Source of the DNA: Solirubrobacterales bacterium
GTDB lineage: Bacteria > Actinomycetota > Thermoleophilia > Solirubrobacterales > 70-9
DNA length: 64,000 nucleotides
NCBI GenBank assembly: GCA_051004675.1
Contig: JBPCKC010000012.1
Location: forward strand, 12,232-76,231
Reading direction: 5' to 3'
Below the pieces are notes generated by a model. It had not been told where the DNA came from, did not search any database, and saw nothing but the letters and a program-made list of their open reading frames with translations. The translations under genes and the position numbers were made by a program. Numbering within the stretch: position 1 is the first letter of the stretch; each line of letters starts with the position of its first letter. Of this stretch, positions 36,285 to 46,800 are shown piece by piece.

Positions 36285-38176
36285 TGTTCGGTCGCAGCGA
36301 CTGGCGCGGCGCCCTCAGCCCCGCGCAGTTCAGCCTCCGCGTGGCCATCCTCGGCGCCTTCGCCGTCGTCATCTTCTCCGCGATCTTCTTTCGCCTGTGG
36401 TACCTGGAGGTCCTCTCCGGCGACCGCTACCTGGCGGAGGCGAACAACAACCAGGTGCGCGAGATCACCGTGCAGGCGCCGCGGGGCGAGATCCTCGACC
36501 GCGAGGGCGAGCCCTTGGTCCGCAACCGCACGGCGCTGGCCCTGCAGGTCCGTACGACCGAGCTGCCGGGCCCCGAGGGGGCCCGCGAAGCGGTGCTGCG
36601 GCGCCTGGCCGAGGTGTCCGGGCTGAGCCCCGAGGGCATCACCAAGCAGATCCGCCAGCAGACCAGGGAATCCCCAGCGAGCCCTGTGACCCTGCGCCGC
36701 GACGTGCCCTACGACCTCGTCTACTACCTGCGCGAGAACCAGGGCGAGTTCCCGGGCGTGAGCGTCGACCGCGTGTACGTGCGCTCTTATCCGCAGGGGA
36801 CGCTTGCCGCGCACCTGTTCGGCTACGTCCGCGAGGTGAACGCCGAGCAGCTCGAGGCGCCCGACTACGCGTCTTTGGTCCCCGGCGACGAGGTCGGGCA
36901 GGCCGGTGTCGAGTACACGTACGACAACCTGCTGCGGGGGATCAACGGCTCCACTCGCGTGCAGGTGGACGCGAGCGGCTCGCCCACCGGTGGCCGCCTC
37001 TCGGCGCAGGAACCGCAGACGGGCAACAACCTGCGGCTGACGCTTGACTCCAGGCTTCAGGCCACCGCCGAGGCCGCCGTCTCGCGCTTCGGCTTGCCGG
37101 GCGGTTTCGTCGCCATGGACGTGGACTCGGGTGAGGTCCTCGCGCTTGGCTCGGTGCCCACCTTCGACCCCGAGGTCTTCTCCCGGCCCTACATCCCCCC
37201 GGCCGTCGCCGACTCGATCTTCGAGGGCGCCGACGGCACCGAGGCCCCGATCTTCAACCGGGCGATCCAGGGTGGGTATCCCACCGGCTCGACGTTCAAG
37301 CTCGTGACCGCGATCGGGGCCCTCCAGGAGGGCCTCGTCACGCCCGGGGAGATCGTCAACGACGGCGGCTCCGTGAGGGTCGGCGGCGTCACCTTCAAGA
37401 ACGCCGGCGACGCGGTCAACGGGCCGATCGACCTGCACCAGGCCCTCCAGGTCTCCTCGGACGTCTACTTCTATTTGATCGGCCTGGAGGACGGGGCGGA
37501 GGGCGACGCGATCCAGAGGTGGGCGAGCGAGCTGGGCATGGGGAGTCCCACCGGCATCGACCTCCCCGCCGAGGCGGAAGGCCTGGTGCCCACGCCCGAG
37601 TGGCGCAATCAGCTGTATCGGGACGGCCTCACGGATCGCCCGTGGTCGGTGGGCGACAACATCAACCTGTCGGTCGGGCAGGGGGATCTGCAGGCCAGCC
37701 CGCTCCAGCTCGCGGTCTCCTACGCCGCGGTCGCCAACGGCGGGCAGCTCGTGCGCCCCCACGTGGGAATGCGCGTCGAGGATCCCTCGGGGCGGTTGAT
37801 CCAGGAGGTCGATCCCGCCCCCCGCGCGCAGGTCGACATCGACCCGGCCAACGCGAGGGCCGTGCTCGACGGTCTCCACGCCGCCGCGATGGAGCCGAGC
37901 GGCACCTCGTATCCGATTTTCGGAGGCTTCCCGGTCGAGATCGCCGGCAAGACCGGCACCGCCGAGCGCGGCACGACCGTGGAGGACCAGTCGTGGTACG
38001 CCGCCCTCGCGCCCTATCCGGATCCCGAGGTCGTCGTCGTCGCGACGATCGAACGCGGGGGGTTCGGCGCCGACGCGGCCGCCCCGGCCGTGGCCGAGAT
38101 CCTCGCCGAGTACCTAGACATCAAGCCCGGCCAGATCGAGCCGGTGTCCGACCCGGCGACGACGGTGTACGAGTGA
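36281..38176 (+). CDS. mrdA: penicillin-binding protein 2 (elongasome transpeptidase)
   Basis: TM helix, PRGEILDREG, active-site STFK (GYPTGSTFKLV) and KTGTAE. Confidence 0.92.
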   Translation: MMFGRSDWRGALSPAQFSLRVAILGAFAVVIFSAIFFRLWYLEVLSGDRYLAEANNNQVREITVQAPRGEILDREGEPLVRNRTALALQVRTTELPGPEGAREAVLRRLAEVSGLSPEGITKQIRQQTRESPASPVTLRRDVPYDLVYYLRENQGEFPGVSVDRVYVRSYPQGTLAAHLFGYVREVNAEQLEAPDYASLVPGDEVGQAGVEYTYDNLLRGINGSTRVQVDASGSPTGGRLSAQEPQTGNNLRLTLDSRLQATAEAAVSRFGLPGGFVAMDVDSGEVLALGSVPTFDPEVFSRPYIPPAVADSIFEGADGTEAPIFNRAIQGGYPTGSTFKLVTAIGALQEGLVTPGEIVNDGGSVRVGGVTFKNAGDAVNGPIDLHQALQVSSDVYFYLIGLEDGAEGDAIQRWASELGMGSPTGIDLPAEAEGLVPTPEWRNQLYRDGLTDRPWSVGDNINLSVGQGDLQASPLQLAVSYAAVANGGQLVRPHVGMRVEDPSGRLIQEVDPAPRAQVDIDPANARAVLDGLHAAAMEPSGTSYPIFGGFPVEIAGKTGTAERGTTVEDQSWYAALAPYPDPEVVVVATIERGGFGADAAAPAVAEILAEYLDIKPGQIEPVSDPATTVYE

Positions 38177-39423
38177 TCGGCGCCCCGATACCTGCCCCTA
38201 CGCGGCGCCGCCCGGCCGCGCGCCGAGGCCGTCCCGCCGGCGGCCAGGCCCATCCGCGCCCGTTCCCGAACCGGGACGCGGGAACGCTGGAGAAGGCGAT
38301 CGGGGGACTGGACTTCGCGCTGGCCGGCGCCGCGATCGCGATCATCGCCTTCAGCGCCTACACACTGGGCCTCACCACCCGCGAGGACATCCCGGGCGAT
38401 CCCTACTTCTACGTGATCCGCCAGGCGATCTACGCGGTCGTCGGAATCGCGCTGATGCTGACCCTGGCGCGAATCGACTACAGCCGGTTCCGCGAGCTGC
38501 GGGTCGGCCTCTACACGGCGATGGTCGCCACCATCGTTTTGGTGCTCGCGCTGGGCGAGGCCACCCGAGGCTCGCGTCGCTGGATCGAGCTTCCGTTCTT
38601 CACGTTCCAGCCCTCGGAGCCCGGGAAGCTCCTCCTGATCGTGACGCTGGCCGCGTTCGTCCTCGAGCGCGCGCGCAACCGCTCGGAGGGCAGGCGGACG
38701 GCGAAGCTGCTGGCGCTCGGCATCGCCCCCGGCGTCATCGTCTTCCTGGCGCCGGATCTGGGCTCGGGACTCGTCTACGGCGTCATCACGCTGGCCGTGC
38801 TGTTCGTCGCGGGCATCCCCTGGAAGCACTTCGCGGTGATGGGCGGGGTGGCAGCCGGGGTGGTCGGAATCGTGCTTGTGGTGGCCCCGGCCCTCGGTAC
38901 CCCTATCCTTGAGCCCTACCAGGAGGAGCGAATCACCTCCTTTTTGAATCCCAGTGAGGACCCACGAGACTCGAGTTATCAGATCAACCAGGCGCTGATC
39001 GCCGTCGGATCCGGAGGAAAGACCGGCCGTGCCGGCGAATCAACGCAATCGCAGGCCGGCTTCTTGCCGGAGCGCCACACGGACTTCATATTCGCCGTGG
39101 TTGGAGAGCGCTTCGGGTTCGCCGGGGCTGCGTTTCTATTGTCCCTCTACGCCCTGCTGATCTGGCGGGCGCTGCGAATTGTGACTCTTTCGAAGAACTT
39201 GTACGGAGCGATGATCGCCGGCGGAATCGCCGCGATGCTCATGTTCCACCTGTTCGTCAACGTCGGCATGAACGTCGGGATCGCGCCCGTCACGGGTATC
39301 CCGTTGCCGCTGATGAGCGCTGGAGGATCGTCCGTGATCGTCACCTTTATGGCGATCGGGATCCTTCAGAGCATCTATGTCCAATCGCAGCTCTCCTCCA
39401 GGAACAGGGCTCCCGCCATTTAG
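38173..39423 (+). CDS. rodA: SEDS-family peptidoglycan polymerase RodA
   Basis: FtsW/RodA/SpoVE signature regions (ELPFFTFQPSEPGKLLLIV, PDLGSGLVY, TDFIFAVVGERFGF, IPLPLMSAGGSS). GTGA overlap with pbp2. The first ~35 codons are Arg/Pro-rich with poorer codon usage, so the true start may be later. Confidence 0.88.
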   Translation: MIGAPIPAPTRRRPAARRGRPAGGQAHPRPFPNRDAGTLEKAIGGLDFALAGAAIAIIAFSAYTLGLTTREDIPGDPYFYVIRQAIYAVVGIALMLTLARIDYSRFRELRVGLYTAMVATIVLVLALGEATRGSRRWIELPFFTFQPSEPGKLLLIVTLAAFVLERARNRSEGRRTAKLLALGIAPGVIVFLAPDLGSGLVYGVITLAVLFVAGIPWKHFAVMGGVAAGVVGIVLVVAPALGTPILEPYQEERITSFLNPSEDPRDSSYQINQALIAVGSGGKTGRAGESTQSQAGFLPERHTDFIFAVVGERFGFAGAAFLLSLYALLIWRALRIVTLSKNLYGAMIAGGIAAMLMFHLFVNVGMNVGIAPVTGIPLPLMSAGGSSVIVTFMAIGILQSIYVQSQLSSRNRAPAI

Positions 39424-39480
39424 ATGAGCGCCGGTAGGCGCCAGCGGCGGGCCAACCCTCTCCTGTGAGGTGAGACCCAC

Positions 39481-41400
39481 TTGAAGAAAAGAATCATCGT
39501 TTCGGTGGACGCCGGTGAAACCCGCGTCGCCGTGCTCGAATCGAAGGGAGCCGCAAAGGGCGGCTCGAACAAGTCGCGCAGCGGCGGCGCACGCGGCTCG
39601 GAGCAGCCGGCGCGCAGTGCCTCCGGCCGCAACGCAGGCTTCGTGGTCGGCGAGCTGTACGTGGAGCGCAAGGGCTCCCGCTCGATCGTCGGCAACATCT
39701 ACAAGGGCGTCATCGACAACGTGCTCCCCGGCATGGAGGCCGCGTTCGTCGACATCGGGCTGGAGCGAAACGGCTTCCTGCACGTGGACGAGATCGTCCT
39801 GCCCGACGGCCAGAAGGTCCCGCGGCGCGGGCACGGCAAGGGCCGGCGCATCGACGAGCTGATCAAGCCCAAGCAGGAGGTGCTCGTCCAGGTGGTGAAG
39901 GACCCGCTGAAGACCAAGGGCGCCCGCCTGTCGATGCAGGTCTCGATCGCCGGCCGCTATCTCGTCTACATGCCACAGGGCGGGGGCGTCGGGGCCAGCC
40001 GCCGCCTCGCCGAGAAGGAGCGCGACCGCCAGCGCAAGCTGCTGCAGAAGCTGCACAAGGGCGACGGCGGCGTGATCGTTCGCACCGCGGCCCAGGGCGC
40101 GACCGAGGACGACTTCGAGCGCGACCTCGCGTACCTGCACAAGCTGCACGAGGTGGTCGACAAGCGCGGGGGAGAGGTGAAGGCTCCGAACCTGGTGTTT
40201 CAGGAGGCCGACCTCTCGATCCGCGTCCTGCGCGACGTGCTCACGAAGGAGTTCGACGGGGCCGTCATCGACGACCCCAAGCAGCATCAGCGGGTGACGA
40301 GCTTCTTCCAGCGCACGGCGCCGGAGCTGGTCGACCTGGTCGAGCTCTATGACGGCGCCGAGTCGCTGTTCGAGCGCGAGGGCGTTGAGGAGGCCTTCCG
40401 CTCGGTGCTCTCGCGGCGGGTGGACCTTCCCTCGGGCGGCTACCTCATGCTCGACTACGCCGAGGCACTGACCGTGATCGACATCAACACGGGCAGCTTC
40501 ACCGGCCGTGGCAAGGGCCGGCTGGAGGACACGATCACGAAGGTGAACGTCGAGGCGGCGGACGAGGTGGTCCGCCAGCTCAGGCTGCGCGACATCGGCG
40601 GCATCATCGTCATCGACTTCATCGACATGGCCCGGGCGGCGAACCGCGACCAGGTCCTGAAGACGCTTAAGAAGGCGCTGGACGAGGACAAGACCAAGAC
40701 GTACGTCGTCGAGGTCTCGCCGCTGGGGCTGGTGGAGATGACCCGCCAGAACATCACCGACGGGGTCCGCGAGATCCTCACCAAGCGCTGCCCCACCTGC
40801 GACGGCGAGGGTGTCGTCGAGTCGGAGGAGACCGTGGCCATCGACGTCCTGCGACACCTGCGGGTCCTCGCGGCCGACAACCCGGAGCCCGAGGCGTTCC
40901 TGATCCGCGTCAACCCCAAGGTCGCGCGCAAGCTGCTCGAGGCCGACAGCGGGCTGCGCGAGCTCGAGGAGGCGACGGGCAAGCACTTCCACTTCGAGGG
41001 CGGCGAGGCGCTTTCGCTCTCGACGTACCAGGTCTCCGACGAGGGCCCGCGCGACGAGATCGAGCGCCGCGCGCTCCCCTTCGGCGTCGGCGACGAGGTC
41101 CTCGTCTCGATCGAGGAGCCGCACATGTACAACGTGGACGACGCCGTGGCGAGGGTCGATTCCTACGTGGTCAGCGTCACCGGCGGCGGCGCCCACGTGG
41201 GCGAACGGCGCATGGTGCGCATCGAGGAAGTCGGGCGCTCCGTCGCAACGGCGTCGCTGCTGGACGCGCCGGGCAACGGTGCGCCCTCCGAGAGTGAGGA
41301 GCCGCAGCTAGAATCCTCGCCCTCCGGCGGGCGGCCGCGCGGCCGCAGAGGCGGCCAGGGTCGCCCTCGTGCCGCAAGCGGCGAAAAGAACGATGGCTGA
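39481..41400 (+). CDS. rne: ribonuclease E/G family endoribonuclease
   Basis: S1 domain GNIYKGVIDNVLPGMEAAFVDIGLERNGFLH, catalytic-core LTVIDINTGSF and IIVIDFIDM, and a zinc link CPTCDGEG. TTG start behind GAGGTGAG. Confidence 0.9.
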   Translation: MKKRIIVSVDAGETRVAVLESKGAAKGGSNKSRSGGARGSEQPARSASGRNAGFVVGELYVERKGSRSIVGNIYKGVIDNVLPGMEAAFVDIGLERNGFLHVDEIVLPDGQKVPRRGHGKGRRIDELIKPKQEVLVQVVKDPLKTKGARLSMQVSIAGRYLVYMPQGGGVGASRRLAEKERDRQRKLLQKLHKGDGGVIVRTAAQGATEDDFERDLAYLHKLHEVVDKRGGEVKAPNLVFQEADLSIRVLRDVLTKEFDGAVIDDPKQHQRVTSFFQRTAPELVDLVELYDGAESLFEREGVEEAFRSVLSRRVDLPSGGYLMLDYAEALTVIDINTGSFTGRGKGRLEDTITKVNVEAADEVVRQLRLRDIGGIIVIDFIDMARAANRDQVLKTLKKALDEDKTKTYVVEVSPLGLVEMTRQNITDGVREILTKRCPTCDGEGVVESEETVAIDVLRHLRVLAADNPEPEAFLIRVNPKVARKLLEADSGLRELEEATGKHFHFEGGEALSLSTYQVSDEGPRDEIERRALPFGVGDEVLVSIEEPHMYNVDDAVARVDSYVVSVTGGGAHVGERRMVRIEEVGRSVATASLLDAPGNGAPSESEEPQLESSPSGGRPRGRRGGQGRPRAASGEKNDG

Positions 41401-41947
41401 CACAGACACCTACGCAATCGTCGAAACAGGCGGCAAGCAGTACCGCGCCGAAAAGGGCGCGACCCTGCTGGTCGAGCGCATGGCCGACGACGAGGGCGCC
41501 AAGGTCACGCTGCGGCCGGTCATGTACAGCGCCGGGACCGACGTGATCGCCGCGGGCTCCGAGCTCGAGAAGGTGAAGGTCGAGGCCGTCGTCGCCGAGC
41601 ACGTTCGCGGCGAGAAGATCCGCGTCTTCACCTACAAGGCCAAGAAGGGCTCGCGCAAGCGCTCCGGGCACCGCCAGTCGCTGACCAAGCTCGAGGTGAC
41701 CGAAATCAAGCTGATGGCCCGCAAGCCCGCCGCGAAGGCCGAGTCGAAGCCGGCGACCAAGGCCGAGGAGGCCGCCAAGCCGAAGGCGCCGCCGAAGAAG
41801 CCCGCCACGGCCAAGAAGCCGGCGGCGAAAGCTTCGACGGCCAAGAAGCCCGAGGCGAAAGCTTCGACGGCCAAGAAGCCGGCGGCGAAAGCTTCGACGG
41901 CCAAGAAGCCGGCGGCCAAGAAGCCCGCGACGAAGAAGGAGAGCTAG
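41393..41947 (+). CDS. rplU: 50S ribosomal protein L21 with Lys/Ala/Pro-rich C-terminal extension
   Basis: [22 protein letters not shown]...[21 protein letters not shown], then an ~80-aa [10 protein letters not shown]-type tail. Overlaps the rne stop by 8 nt. Confidence 0.9.
   Translation: MADTDTYAIVETGGKQYRAEKGATLLVERMADDEGAKVTLRPVMYSAGTDVIAAGSELEKVKVEAVVAEHVRGEKIRVFTYKAKKGSRKRSGHRQSLTKLEVTEIKLMARKPAAKAESKPATKAEEAAKPKAPPKKPATAKKPAAKASTAKKPEAKASTAKKPAAKASTAKKPAAKKPATKKES
41810..41899 (+). repeat. three tandem 30-bp units inside rplU
   Basis: The unit gccaagaagcc(g/c)g(c/a)ggcgaaagcttcgacg occurs three times, each encoding AKKP(A/E)AKAST. Confidence 0.9.
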
Positions 41948-41952
41948 GCGAG

Positions 41953-42207
41953 ATGGCGCACAAGAAGGGGCTCGGCTCCTCCCGCAACGGGCGCGACTCC
42001 AACCCGAAGATGCTCGGCGTCAAGGTCTTCGCCGGCCAGCAGGTCGGCGGCGGTGAGATCATCGTCCGCCAGCGCGGCACCCGCTTCTACTCCGGCACCG
42101 GCACCGGCATCGGCAAGGACCACACCATCTTCGCCACGCGCGCCGGCGTCGTCGAGTTCAAGCAGGCCCGCAAGGGCCGAGTCGTCTCGGTCGCCGAGGG
42201 CGAGTAG
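41953..42207 (+). CDS. rpmA: 50S ribosomal protein L27
   Basis: [24 protein letters not shown]...[11 protein letters not shown]. Confidence 0.97.
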   Translation: MAHKKGLGSSRNGRDSNPKMLGVKVFAGQQVGGGEIIVRQRGTRFYSGTGTGIGKDHTIFATRAGVVEFKQARKGRVVSVAEGE

Positions 42208-42226
42208 TTCCGGCGATCCGGGGCCG

Positions 42227-42250
42227 CCGGACCGGGCATTGCCCGTCCGG
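42227..42250 (+). terminator. GC-rich hairpin after rpmA
   Basis: CCGGA-c-CGGGC att GCCCG TCCGG gives 10 bp with one bulge and a 3-nt loop, 20 nt after the stop. No U tract. Confidence 0.4.
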
Positions 42251-42398
42251 GGCGCGCCCACACCCCAGGTGTGTGGATCTGTATGCGAAATCCGCACCCT
42301 AATCGACACACCTGACCGCCACCCGCCCTACCTGGCCCAACCCGCGCTGCGGACGACCGCCCACGCTCGCGCCCTGCACCCGGGCTACCGTTCCTTGC

Positions 42399-43715
42399 GT
42401 GTTTCATGATCGGGCGAGGATCTGGGTCGAGGGCGGACGCGGCGGGAACGGCGTCGTGTCCTTTCGGCGTGAGGCACACGTCCCTCGCGGCGGGCCCGAC
42501 GGGGGCGACGGTGGGCGCGGGGGGGACGTCGTGCTGGTCTGCGACCCCTCCCGGCGAGACCTCGCGGCCCTTCGCTTCTCGCCGCACTTCCGCGCCGGGC
42601 GCGGACGCCACGGCGAGGGCGCGCGCCGGCACGGGGCCAGGGGCTCGGACGAGGTGGTCCCCGTGCCACCCGGTACCACCGTCGAGGGGCTGGAGGGAGA
42701 GCGCTACGACCTCGTCGAGCCGGGGCAGCGTGCCGTGGTGGCAACCGGGGGCGGCGGCGGGCACGGCAACAAGCGCTTCACCAGCTCCACGCGCCAGGCC
42801 CCCCGCTTCGCCGAGGGGGGCGTGGAGGGCACCTCGGGCTGGATCGAGCTGCAGCTTCGGCTGCTTGCCGACGCCGGCCTCGTGGGGCTGCCGAACGCCG
42901 GGAAGTCCTCGCTGCTCGGCCGCCTTACGCGCGCCGCGCCGAAGGTCGCCGACTATCCGTTCACCACGCTCGACCCCGTTCTGGGCACCCTCGAGGTGGG
43001 GGATCGCCAGCTCGTCCTGGCCGATGTCCCGGGCTTGATCGCGGGAGCCGCCGAGGGGGCGGGCCTGGGCGACGAGTTCCTCGCCCACGTGGAGCGCTGC
43101 CGTGCGCTGGTGCATCTCGTGGAGATCGACCCTCCGCAGGGCGCCCCTGCCCCGGCCCAGGCCTACGAGATCGTCCGCGGCGAGCTGAGCTCGTACGGCG
43201 CGGGCCTGGACCGGCTGCCCGAGCTGGTGGTGCTCTCCAAGCGCGACCTGCTCCCCGGGGAGCAGGTCGAGGAGCGGGTCCATGCTTTCCGCGAGCGGCT
43301 CGGGGACGCGGTGGCCGGCGTGCTGGCGGTCTCGTCCGCCTCGGGCGAGGGCTTGGACGAGCTCCGGGCGGCCATCCTCGCCGCGGTTCCGGCGAGCTCC
43401 GATCACCTGGGTCAGATCCCAGTTGGGGGGTCTGACCCCTCGGCGGCTTTCCAAGCCGAGCACATCACCTACCGGCCGGCCGCGCGCCAGGGCTACGCGG
43501 TCGAGCGCGAGCCCGACGGCGCCTTCCGCGTCCACGGGCGCGGGGTCGAGCTGCTCGTCGAGCGTCACGACATGTCCAACCTGGAGGCACTGGGATACCT
43601 CGAGCAGCGCCTGACGGATATGGGCGTCATCGCCGCGCTGCGCTCGGCGGGCTTCGAGCCCGGCGACGAGGTGCGCATCGGTCAGGAGACGTTCGACCTG
43701 GATCCCGCGGGCTGA
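42399..43715 (+). CDS. obg: GTPase Obg
   Basis: Glycine-rich Obg fold (GGRGGNGVVSFRRE...GGDGGRGGDV), G domain (GLPNAGKSSLL, DVPGLI, SKRD) and a C-terminal OCT/DUF1967-like domain. Confidence 0.95.
   Translation: MFHDRARIWVEGGRGGNGVVSFRREAHVPRGGPDGGDGGRGGDVVLVCDPSRRDLAALRFSPHFRAGRGRHGEGARRHGARGSDEVVPVPPGTTVEGLEGERYDLVEPGQRAVVATGGGGGHGNKRFTSSTRQAPRFAEGGVEGTSGWIELQLRLLADAGLVGLPNAGKSSLLGRLTRAAPKVADYPFTTLDPVLGTLEVGDRQLVLADVPGLIAGAAEGAGLGDEFLAHVERCRALVHLVEIDPPQGAPAPAQAYEIVRGELSSYGAGLDRLPELVVLSKRDLLPGEQVEERVHAFRERLGDAVAGVLAVSSASGEGLDELRAAILAAVPASSDHLGQIPVGGSDPSAAFQAEHITYRPAARQGYAVEREPDGAFRVHGRGVELLVERHDMSNLEALGYLEQRLTDMGVIAALRSAGFEPGDEVRIGQETFDLDPAG
43409..43438. repeat. REP-like palindromic element, copy 2, in frame within obg
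   Basis: GGGTCAGATCCC-agttgg-GGGGTCTGACCC forms a 12-bp stem including one G-U. It encodes LGQIPVGGSDP in the linker between the G domain and the OCT domain, using ggt, cca, gtt and tct codons. Confidence 0.75.
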
Positions 43716-43725
43716 GCCCCCGGGA

Positions 43726-43768
43726 GCGTCCTGCCCGGTTCACCGCGGGCGTGGAGAGGACAGGACGC
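43726..43768 (+). terminator. hairpin after obg
   Basis: GCGTCCTG (43726-43733) pairs with CAGGACGC (43761-43768), with inner CCCG/CGGG pairing. Confidence 0.35.
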
Positions 43769-43822
43769 TTGGGTCCGTGTGACCGGCGCACGGCCCGCCC
43801 GGGGCGTCTAGCCTCGTGGGCG

Positions 43823-46800
43823 ATGGGAAGGAGCTTCCGGTGGATCGGGATGGCCGCGGCGGCTTTGACGTGCTCGGCGGCGGTCCCGGGATCGGCATCG
43901 GCAGAGGTCCGCGCCGGCGCGACGGCGGTGGACGCGTCGTGGCACGTCGGCGCCTCGGCGGGCCAGTACGCCTCGGACGGCAGCTTCGTCGACCCGGCCG
44001 CGGGCAACTACGACCCGACCGTGCACTCCTACCGGCGAGCGGCCTCCTACGGGATCCAGTCCCGCCTGAGCGTAAGGGCCATCGTGATCGAGGGCGATGA
44101 CGGGACCCGCATCGCGATCCTCAAGAACGACCAGTACATCCCCCAGGACCTGGTGTACCGCCGGGCTGCGCAGCTCCTCGAGACGGAGGGGGAGTGCGGG
44201 ATCGACGCCGAGCACCTCACGATGGCGAGCACGCACAACCATTCCTCGCCGATGTACTCGTCCTCCTCCTGGGGGGTGTGGGCGTTCCAGGACGTCTTCG
44301 ACGTGCGGTTCTTCAATTACCTGGCCCGGCGCATGTTCCTGGCGGTGGAGCGAGCCTGCGAGGACCTCGTGCCGGTACGGATCGGCGCCTCGGTGGGGCA
44401 GTTCGACAAGACGCACCGCCACTCCTTCGGCGCCGCGATCGCCGACGACGGCACCCCCGCCGGCTACCCGCAGTCCAACGTGGATCACGACCTCACGGTC
44501 ATCCGCTTCGACGACGTCACCGATCCGCAGGATCCGAGGCCGCTCGCCAACCTCGTCAACTTCAACCTGCACCCCGAGTTCCTCGATGGCAACGATCTGA
44601 TCTCGGCCGACTACCTCGGCCCGCTCGAGCGAATGACCGACCGCGCGACCGGCGCGGTGACGATTTGGACGCAGGGCGCGGTGGGGACCTCGGAACCGGA
44701 GCGCTCGACCTACCACTCGATCCACGAGCGACTCGAGTTCTCCCACAAGGACTACGCCCAGGCCGAGTACGGGGCGCGCCTGATGTCGGACGCGATCGTG
44801 GGCGTGTGGGACGACGTCGCAGCGGGCACGCCGGAGGATCCGGCGCGCTTCGTTCCCTTCGGTACCGATCCGGCGGTGGGGATGATCGACCGCTGGTATC
44901 CGGGCCCGCTCTCGCACCCCTACCCGGGGGTCTCGAACTGTCGAGCCGACTCCGGCCTCGCGGGCGACCCGCTGATCCCCGTCGTCGGCCTGCCCGACTG
45001 CCAGGGCGTGTTGCAGGGGCTGGGCTCGCTGAGCGACGAGCTCGGGCTGCCCGAGCCTCCCGACTCGCCCGTTCCCGGCATCGACCCGGGCCTCAGCACC
45101 GACGACTTCCAGGCGCTCGGGATCCCGGTGCCCGAGAACTACTCGGCACCGTCCTATACCGGCCTTCAGGAGGACATCGACGTCCACCTCCAGGGCATCC
45201 GGCTGGGGGATATCTTCCTCCCGGTTTGCTCGTGCGAGCAGTGGTTCGACCAGTCGGCCAACATCGAGACACGGACCGACAAGGTGGCCGGCAACGAGCA
45301 TCTGGGCTACGACTGGGGGGCCGAGTGCGACCCCCTCCCCGCCAACGAGTGGGCGTGCCCGAACCCACACAACCCTTCTACCGACCTGGCGCCCGTGTCC
45401 GATCAGGAATACCGGCGCATGCGCGCTCAGGTGAACAACCCGGCGAACGGCTGGAACAACCTGGAGAACGTGCTGAGCGCCGAGTCCGAGCCGACCGACA
45501 CCACCCAGATCAAGGGCAACTACACGCACGACGACCGCTGCGGGCCGACCCCGCTGCACCCCGGCAACCAGCCCTGCGGCGTCGGGCAGGCCTCTGCCTC
45601 CGCGAACCTGGGCTACACGCTCACGGTGCCGATCGCGATGGCGAACGACTACAACGGCTACATCGCCACCTATCGCGAGTACCAGCGTGGCGACCACTAC
45701 CGCAAGGCCCTGACCGGCTGGGGCCCGCACTCCAGCGACTACATGGCGACCCGGCTCGTCTACCTGGGGCGCGAGCTGCGCAACGCCGGGGTGGCGCTCC
45801 CGCCCGACATGCTCACCGAGTCGCTGCTGGAGCCGAAGGTGGTGGCGGACCTGGCGGTGAACGACGCCCGTGCGCAGGCGCTGGGCGACACCGGCGGCGC
45901 CGCCATCGCGGCCTACGAGGCGGGCCTCCCCGATGACGGTGAGCCCGGCCCGGTGGCCCAACCGCAGGACATCGAGCGCTTCGGTGCCGCTCTCTTCCGC
46001 TGGGACGGCGGCTCGAACTTCACCGACAACCCCGAGGTGCGGGTCGAGCGGGAGGTGGCCCCCGGTTCGTGGGAGCCCTACGCCGACCAGTCCGGCGAGC
46101 TGCCGGTTACTCTCAAGTTCCCCGAGGGGGCTGACACCCCCAGCTACCTCGAGGGCGGGCACCGATGGAGGTGGACCGCCCACTTCGAGGCATTCGTATC
46201 GCCCTTCGACACCGGCGAGCGCCCACGCGCCACACCGCCCGGCGACTACCGCTTCGTCGTCGATGGAATGCGGCGCTCCGGCGGCCAGCCTGTTCCCTAC
46301 CACCTGGAGTCCGAGACGTTCGGCGTCAGCCCGTGGAGCGGGATCACCGTTGAGGACTTCCGGCTCGAGCCGGATGGGACCATGAGCTTCCGGGTCGGCC
46401 CACGCTCGACCTACACCGTCGGCGGCCCGGACTCCGAGGTGCAGGTCCAGGGAGGCAGGGACCCGGCGGTCGAGGCCAAGATCGGGCCCGTGGACTACCC
46501 GGACACCTACGACTCGCCCGCGCGGTTCATCGACTACCGGCGCACGGCCTACCGCGACCCGCAGGCGCCCGCCGACCCCGGGCAGCTCGAGTGGTTCTGC
46601 TTCACCTGCACGTTCCGGCCCTGGGTGGACGCCGGCGACGCGGACGATGCCGAGGTGACGATCGTGCGCGAGTCCACCGGCGCCACCGAGCGCGTGCCGG
46701 CGACCCTCGAGGGCGGGCGCTGGGTGACCGATCGAGTGCTCGCGCCCGGCGAGTTGGCGGTGGTCGAGCGGGGCTCCGTCACCGACCCCCATGAGAACTT

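Noticed and set aside
39136-41196. 686-aa minus-strand ORF
   Set aside because: It is antisense to RNase E/G (S1 domain and catalytic-core motifs on the plus strand).
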